Source: a virus
IMG/VR virus record: IMGVR_UViG_3300009103_001698
Coordinates: 17,937 to 81,936 of that record
DNA length: 64,000 nucleotides
Reading direction: 5' to 3' (one strand)
Shown: one piece after another, positions 59,414 through 64,000 of the stretch
How positions within the stretch are numbered: position 1 is the first letter of the stretch
Layout: each line of letters starts with the position of its first letter
Position numbers and translations under genes: made by a program
Notes under the pieces: model-generated
What the model was told of the DNA's origin: nothing
Seen by the model: the letters and a program-made list of their open reading frames with translations, nothing else
Databases searched by the model: none

Positions 59414-62400
59414 ATGGGTTGGTTTTCTAAAAGTTTTCAACAGGCAGCAAAATCCTTTAATAAGACTCTATCAGATACAGCTGAAGCAGCTGCTGATGTT
59501 GGTAAAAAAGCAGCTGAAACCGCCAAGAAAGCTGCTGACAACGCAAAAAAAGAAATTCAAGAAGCCAAGAAGGAAGCAGCTGAAAAGAAACAACCGATAC
59601 CACTATCAGTGCTAGCGGCAGTAATGACTGCTCCCCCGCTACCGCCAAAACATTTTGCAGTCACAGACCTCAGAGCAAAATTAACAGTAACAGCAATTAC
59701 AGAGTTATCAGATGATGAACACGAAATACACATAACTGCTACAAATGTAGGGATGTCTACTTGGGAAGGAGAGAAGCAGGTTAAATTAAAGCCAGTCTTG
59801 GCGACAGACGCAGATGAATTTCTTATAGCTGGCTTTACTTCTTCTAAAAAGAAATTACATCAAAAGAAAGAATGGGTTGAATTACCCTCTTCATTATCAA
59901 TTCCTAGTGGCAAAGATCATACATTTAAGTTTATTGTTAAAACCCCACCGAAACCTAAAAAAACAGAATCCACTAGCAAACCATCAATAGGACCTACTTC
60001 AACTCCTGGTTTTGGTGATGCAGGCATCGGTGCTAGTGCAGGAGCCACTGGTGGTGGGCTCTATGATTCCAGCACCACAACAACATCAACAACCAAGATC
60101 CCGATGCTAAACTTCTATTTGGAATGGGTTTCTGAGCAAATAACTTTTACAGATTCAGAGTTTAAAGATTTTCAATTAAAAACAACGGATCCTAAATTAG
60201 CCGAACAACTTCACAAGATGGAAGTTGAATCTACAAAAAAACAACAAACCTTAGCTGACGTTGGAGTAGACTCTGCCAGCGGACTAGGTATGGCAAAAGC
60301 AAAAGAAGCTGATTATAAATCTTTATTGGAGAAAATCCCGGAAGTTGCCCCAAAGGTTCAAGAAGTTGCAAATGCAATTGCTACTTTAAAAGCAAAGAAG
60401 CTCAATGCACAAGCGAAATTAAAACAATTCACAGCCACATCTGCATATGACTATTTCTTTGATGAGAACAACTACATTTCTTCCACAGGATTCCCAGATT
60501 TAAATAAAGCCGATAAATTCAGATTGATGATAAATCGTCTTTGGTCTGTTGCTGACGATTCAAAAGAAGAAAATTTTACAACTAGTTTTTCTTATGGTTC
60601 ACCAAAGTTTAGTGTATCACTAACAGCATCTCATAAAGCGTGGAAAGATTCTAAAACATCTCAAGACTTTAAATCGTACCATCTATCTAAGTTGTTAAAA
60701 AATCCAGCCTATAAAAATTTCCCCATAGCTCAATTATTTCACTTTGTTATTATTGACGCAATTTCTTCTACTGCAAAACTCAGTATAGAACCAGACACTA
60801 CAAAGGAGTGGTCAGAAAAGATAGAGGAGAAAGGATTTTATACTCCTTGTGAGGAAACTTACCACTGTTCAAAGGGAGAAAAATGTGAAAAAGAAACGGG
60901 CAAATGTAAATCAATACGGGGACATGGCTACCAATCGGTTCGAATTGATTTCGAAAAGAAATATGGCAAGAAATTCGGACCAGGACACGCAGTCTATGAT
61001 GCTATAGAAGAATTCGCAGACTCTAATTACGAACATTTTACATTAGATTATATAAAAGATATTGTAGCGGGATTAGAAAATGACATAGGAAATGGAAAAG
61101 AATTTGAAGATCATAGCTTTAGAATAAGATCTTATTCTCGTGAAGAACAGAATTCAAAATTACACTTTAACGTCATAACGGATTATAATTTTTCTACTGA
61201 AGAAAGTTTGAATGTGGCAATGGATAAGCATGAAAGATCACTGCCATTCGCTTATAGCGGCTCAGTTATGCCAAAACCAGAAAATTTAGGTTATAATACA
61301 AGCCTTAAGGATCAACCAACTTTAAAAACAGTTTTATTTGATAGGACAATTTTAGCGACTAGAAATACAGAACTTTTTAAAGAATATGGAAAAGATCCAT
61401 ACCAGATTAAAATTACTTTACCAGCAGTAACAGAATTTTCTAAGGAATCCGTTGTCACAAGTAGAGACACTGAAGTTGTTACAAGAAAATTTGTCAACTT
61501 ATTGCAAGATGACAAAACACCATCGAAAACTATGTTCCGCGCAGGCCCGGGGTTTAATAACTTAGAGTCTTATAAAAACGCAGATATAAGTACTTTCGAA
61601 AAACTACCGGTAGATGTCAAGACCCCACATGCTGTTGGAGGAGAAGTTTCAAGTTATCCGAAAGAGATTAACGCTAAAACTTCTCTCACAGATCAAGAAC
61701 TCACCTATGCGGATATTATAAATGGCAAATTATCTAAAGTTGAAATGATCGGATACAAAATAACAAAACATAAACAACAAGAGCCAGTCCAGACATTTTA
61801 TGTTCCTTACGAACAAAACAACTCCCCTATAAAACTAATGGATTCTCAAATCAAATATGGTGAAGAATATACTTATACGCCATCCGCCTTGATGTTGATT
61901 AATGGACTAAAGTATCAGTATGATTACGATATACAAGTTACAGAGAACGATATCGTTGTTCCTGCTACACCGCCTGATTTATCAATTAAAGATGTCAAAA
62001 AACAGGTCACTAATAAATGCATAGCAGAGATGTCCTCTTTTGCTTCTACGCCCACTAAAGCAGCCTGCACAAAGATTTTAAAGTGTGATAAATCTGACAC
62101 AGAGTGTCTTTTGGGACAAATACCACAAATTCTAACTGACTATAAAAAATGTAATTACAAGGGGTGTTATAAATCTGCCACGATACCAACAGCAACAAAG
62201 AAGAAAGTCTTCGCAGAAGAAGTTCTAGAATCGGTATTTCAGCAAGAACCAAAGTTCGACGGAATGGTACCAGGACTAGCTTATCGGGTTAAATCAAAAC
62301 CAGATCTTAAGATGATCGAGGTTCCCCTTTTGGGCAATGGTGAGGAAATGTCTCACCGTGTTATGGTGGAACCCCCAATGCCTCCAATAACCACAATAAA

Positions 62401-63859
62401 TCCTTATTACGGAGTTAGTAATAAATTATTATTTTTATTGGAAAAAGGCATAGGTGCAGTTAAGCTAGCGATCACACATCCAGAAAGCAATTGGGAAAAA
62501 ATCAAAGCGTCTCAGATTTCTTCTGATTCTAGATTGGGTGACGCAAAAATAAAGAGAACTAATTTAAAAGAAAATGAGTTTATTTTCACCGGTATTGGAA
62601 AAATTGATACTTTTTTAGTTTATCGCTTGGAGAACGAACCAACCAGTTTGAATGATTTTATTGCCCCAGGACCACATGCAGTAATTGATATTGCTGATAG
62701 TTTTTTAATCGACGATGTAGAGCCAAATAAAAAGTATTATTATGTTACGAAGGCAATTAATGTTCACGGGGACATATCATATATGTCGGACATTTTAAGA
62801 GTTGAACTAGTCGATGAAGGGGGAGTGGTTTTCCCAGTAATTGAACCCTATAAAATTCCCAAGATTGATAACACTTCCACTTCAATGCAATTCAAGAAAG
62901 CGTTGAGAATCAGACCAGCCTTTTTACAAAAAGCGCCAAATAAGAAACTTAAAGATCTTGGATTTGAAAAAGAATCTGTTTTTAACGATAGAAACCTTTT
63001 TAAATTTCGAATTACTTCGAACAAAACTAAGAGAAAGATTGATGTTAATGTTAAATTTAAGAAGAAAACAATACAGGAAGCATTAAGTACCCCCCCGAAC
63101 AAGGGCGATAAAATCTTAGAGTGGAGAGAAGCTGAATCTACTTTTACACCGGTAATTCAAATAAAGCCTGATTTTTCATTAATTAGTAGTCTAGGATCAA
63201 TACCCTTGGCAACATGTAAAGTCGACTCTGAATGCATTATGTCGGGGTATAAATGTAAATATGGCAAGTGTATTAAAGATCGAAGAGCAAGACTACAAGA
63301 AATTGGTGTAGCAGGAACTGCCGAAGAGATAAAAGAAAAGGGCTTTTATACTCCTTGTGAAAAGGATTTTCAGTGTCCTTCGGGAGAGAAGTGTTACAGT
63401 GGAAAGTGTATGAAATCAGGACCAGACGTTAAGGTAGATGAACTTGGGTTTATAAAAGTGATACCCCAAGAACCCAGCAAAGGGTTATTGACAAACTCAG
63501 AAAAAACCAACTTAGACAACAAGGCGAAGAGTTTCTTTTCTACACAACCAAGTGGATTTAAAGTGTGGGTTGATACTTATACACAAGAGACTATAACTGA
63601 AACAGCAAAGATTCTTACTAAAAAATCTCTGCAAATGGGCAAACTATTTGAACTTACAAAGTGTGAACAGCTACCGGTAGATTTAATTAAAGAGAATAAA
63701 ACAATTATTTCTAACTTATACCTCCTTCAGAAGATGAAAGAGATAAATACCGCCAGAGCACATCCCAATATTATTTTTTATAAGAATGGATACGATTATA
63801 CCTTCAAAGAAAGTGATAATAAATTAATTTGCCTCAGACAAATGATAGGAGAACTATAA
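59414..63859 (+). CDS. large structural protein with Ig/FN3-like segments and Cys-rich repeats
   Basis: TNVGMSTW Ig-like segment; DSQIKYGEEYTY and DDVEPNKKYYY FN3-like segments; three 4-Cys modules. Confidence 0.6.
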   Translation: MGWFSKSFQQAAKSFNKTLSDTAEAAADVGKKAAETAKKAADNAKKEIQEAKKEAAEKKQPIPLSVLAAVMTAPPLPPKHFAVTDLRAKLTVTAITELSDDEHEIHITATNVGMSTWEGEKQVKLKPVLATDADEFLIAGFTSSKKKLHQKKEWVELPSSLSIPSGKDHTFKFIVKTPPKPKKTESTSKPSIGPTSTPGFGDAGIGASAGATGGGLYDSSTTTTSTTKIPMLNFYLEWVSEQITFTDSEFKDFQLKTTDPKLAEQLHKMEVESTKKQQTLADVGVDSASGLGMAKAKEADYKSLLEKIPEVAPKVQEVANAIATLKAKKLNAQAKLKQFTATSAYDYFFDENNYISSTGFPDLNKADKFRLMINRLWSVADDSKEENFTTSFSYGSPKFSVSLTASHKAWKDSKTSQDFKSYHLSKLLKNPAYKNFPIAQLFHFVIIDAISSTAKLSIEPDTTKEWSEKIEEKGFYTPCEETYHCSKGEKCEKETGKCKSIRGHGYQSVRIDFEKKYGKKFGPGHAVYDAIEEFADSNYEHFTLDYIKDIVAGLENDIGNGKEFEDHSFRIRSYSREEQNSKLHFNVITDYNFSTEESLNVAMDKHERSLPFAYSGSVMPKPENLGYNTSLKDQPTLKTVLFDRTILATRNTELFKEYGKDPYQIKITLPAVTEFSKESVVTSRDTEVVTRKFVNLLQDDKTPSKTMFRAGPGFNNLESYKNADISTFEKLPVDVKTPHAVGGEVSSYPKEINAKTSLTDQELTYADIINGKLSKVEMIGYKITKHKQQEPVQTFYVPYEQNNSPIKLMDSQIKYGEEYTYTPSALMLINGLKYQYDYDIQVTENDIVVPATPPDLSIKDVKKQVTNKCIAEMSSFASTPTKAACTKILKCDKSDTECLLGQIPQILTDYKKCNYKGCYKSATIPTATKKKVFAEEVLESVFQQEPKFDGMVPGLAYRVKSKPDLKMIEVPLLGNGEEMSHRVMVEPPMPPITTINPYYGVSNKLLFLLEKGIGAVKLAITHPESNWEKIKASQISSDSRLGDAKIKRTNLKENEFIFTGIGKIDTFLVYRLENEPTSLNDFIAPGPHAVIDIADSFLIDDVEPNKKYYYVTKAINVHGDISYMSDILRVELVDEGGVVFPVIEPYKIPKIDNTSTSMQFKKALRIRPAFLQKAPNKKLKDLGFEKESVFNDRNLFKFRITSNKTKRKIDVNVKFKKKTIQEALSTPPNKGDKILEWREAESTFTPVIQIKPDFSLISSLGSIPLATCKVDSECIMSGYKCKYGKCIKDRRARLQEIGVAGTAEEIKEKGFYTPCEKDFQCPSGEKCYSGKCMKSGPDVKVDELGFIKVIPQEPSKGLLTNSEKTNLDNKAKSFFSTQPSGFKVWVDTYTQETITETAKILTKKSLQMGKLFELTKCEQLPVDLIKENKTIISNLYLLQKMKEINTARAHPNIIFYKNGYDYTFKESDNKLICLRQMIGEL
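60820..63420 (+). repeat. two dispersed copies of an I.EKGFYTPCE-Cys module (near 60820-60915 and 63328-63420)
   Basis: IEEKGFYTPCEETYHCSKGEKC...GKC vs IKEKGFYTPCEKDFQCPSGEKC..GKC; identical DNA TTTTATACTCCTTGTGA in both. Confidence 0.8.
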
Positions 63860-63865
63860 AAGACT

Positions 63866-63892
63866 TTTTGTTTAAAAAGACTAATTATAGTG
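63866..63892 (+). promoter_or_regulatory. putative phage late promoter (TTTTTGTTTA...CTAATTATAG)
   Basis: Near-identical to TTTTTGTTTA-GAAAT-CTATTTATAG at 40123-40147; both intergenic and upstream of structural genes. Confidence 0.6.
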
Positions 63893-63917
63893 ACGTATTC
63901 TACAATGGGAGATGATA

Positions 63918-64000
63918 ATGAGTAGTTTTTTAAATAATAGCGGTGACATTATTCTAGACGCTGTTTTAACAGAGGCTGGTCGACAACGATTGGCAAAGGG
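63918..64000 (+). CDS. 3'-truncated structural protein (not in ORF track)
   Basis: MSSFLNNSGDIILDAVLTEAGRQRLAK; SD GGGAG; similar to the N-terminus of 57385. Confidence 0.75.
   Translation, partial: MSSFLNNSGDIILDAVLTEAGRQRLAK

Noticed and set aside
2436-63102. Numerous minus-strand ORFs and short nested plus-strand ORFs (e.g. 3521, 13386, 19850, 20111, 49622, 52841, 54545)
   Set aside because: All lie inside longer + strand genes with recognisable motifs and show no motifs of their own; treated as shadow ORFs
60820-63420. Diversity-generating retroelement TR/VR pair
   Set aside because: Both copies are coding, differences are not adenine-specific and include indels, and no reverse transcriptase is present
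1-64000. Stop-codon reassignment as in some large phages
   Set aside because: Long ORFs are intact under code 11, and genes end in TAA, TAG and TGA with tight coupling to the next gene

Overview
A 64 kb segment of a large, AT-rich, myovirus-like (probably jumbo) phage genome. It is almost fully coding on the + strand and uses the standard code. Layout: (1) 1-17.6 kb: small accessory genes (two paralogous Cys-rich lipoproteins, NUDIX, a CglF/GltF-like gliding-motility protein), putative head-packaged multidomain proteins (Pol-beta nucleotidyltransferase, zincins, peptidoglycan-binding domains, an RNA-ligase-like/HxGH nucleotidyltransferase fusion), purA, ClpP-like protease, PIN-PhoH and a PD-(D/E)XK nuclease. 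(2) 17.7-38.7 kb: a ~21 kb glycosylation island with 7-8 glycosyltransferases, an RmlB-like dehydratase, NeuB/NeuA, a B12 radical SAM enzyme and other tailoring enzymes. Its first gene is split by a 268-nt ORF-less group I intron that the ORF track misses, and a homing-endonuclease-like remnant lies directly upstream. (3) 38.7-64 kb: a gp55-like sigma factor followed by baseplate/tail genes, including a 2901-aa LamG protein. Main candidate novelties: a virion-glycosylation system in which two structural proteins carry dozens of [ST]-[GAS]-S tripeptides (possible sequon); the intron in a glycosyltransferase; a phage copy of a myxobacterial gliding protein, pointing to a Myxococcota/Bdellovibrionota-type host; a TA[TAG]TTA promoter placed exactly 10 nt before SD-less start codons; and L-x-E-punctuated polyproteins. 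All family assignments come from motif recognition by eye; no searches were run.
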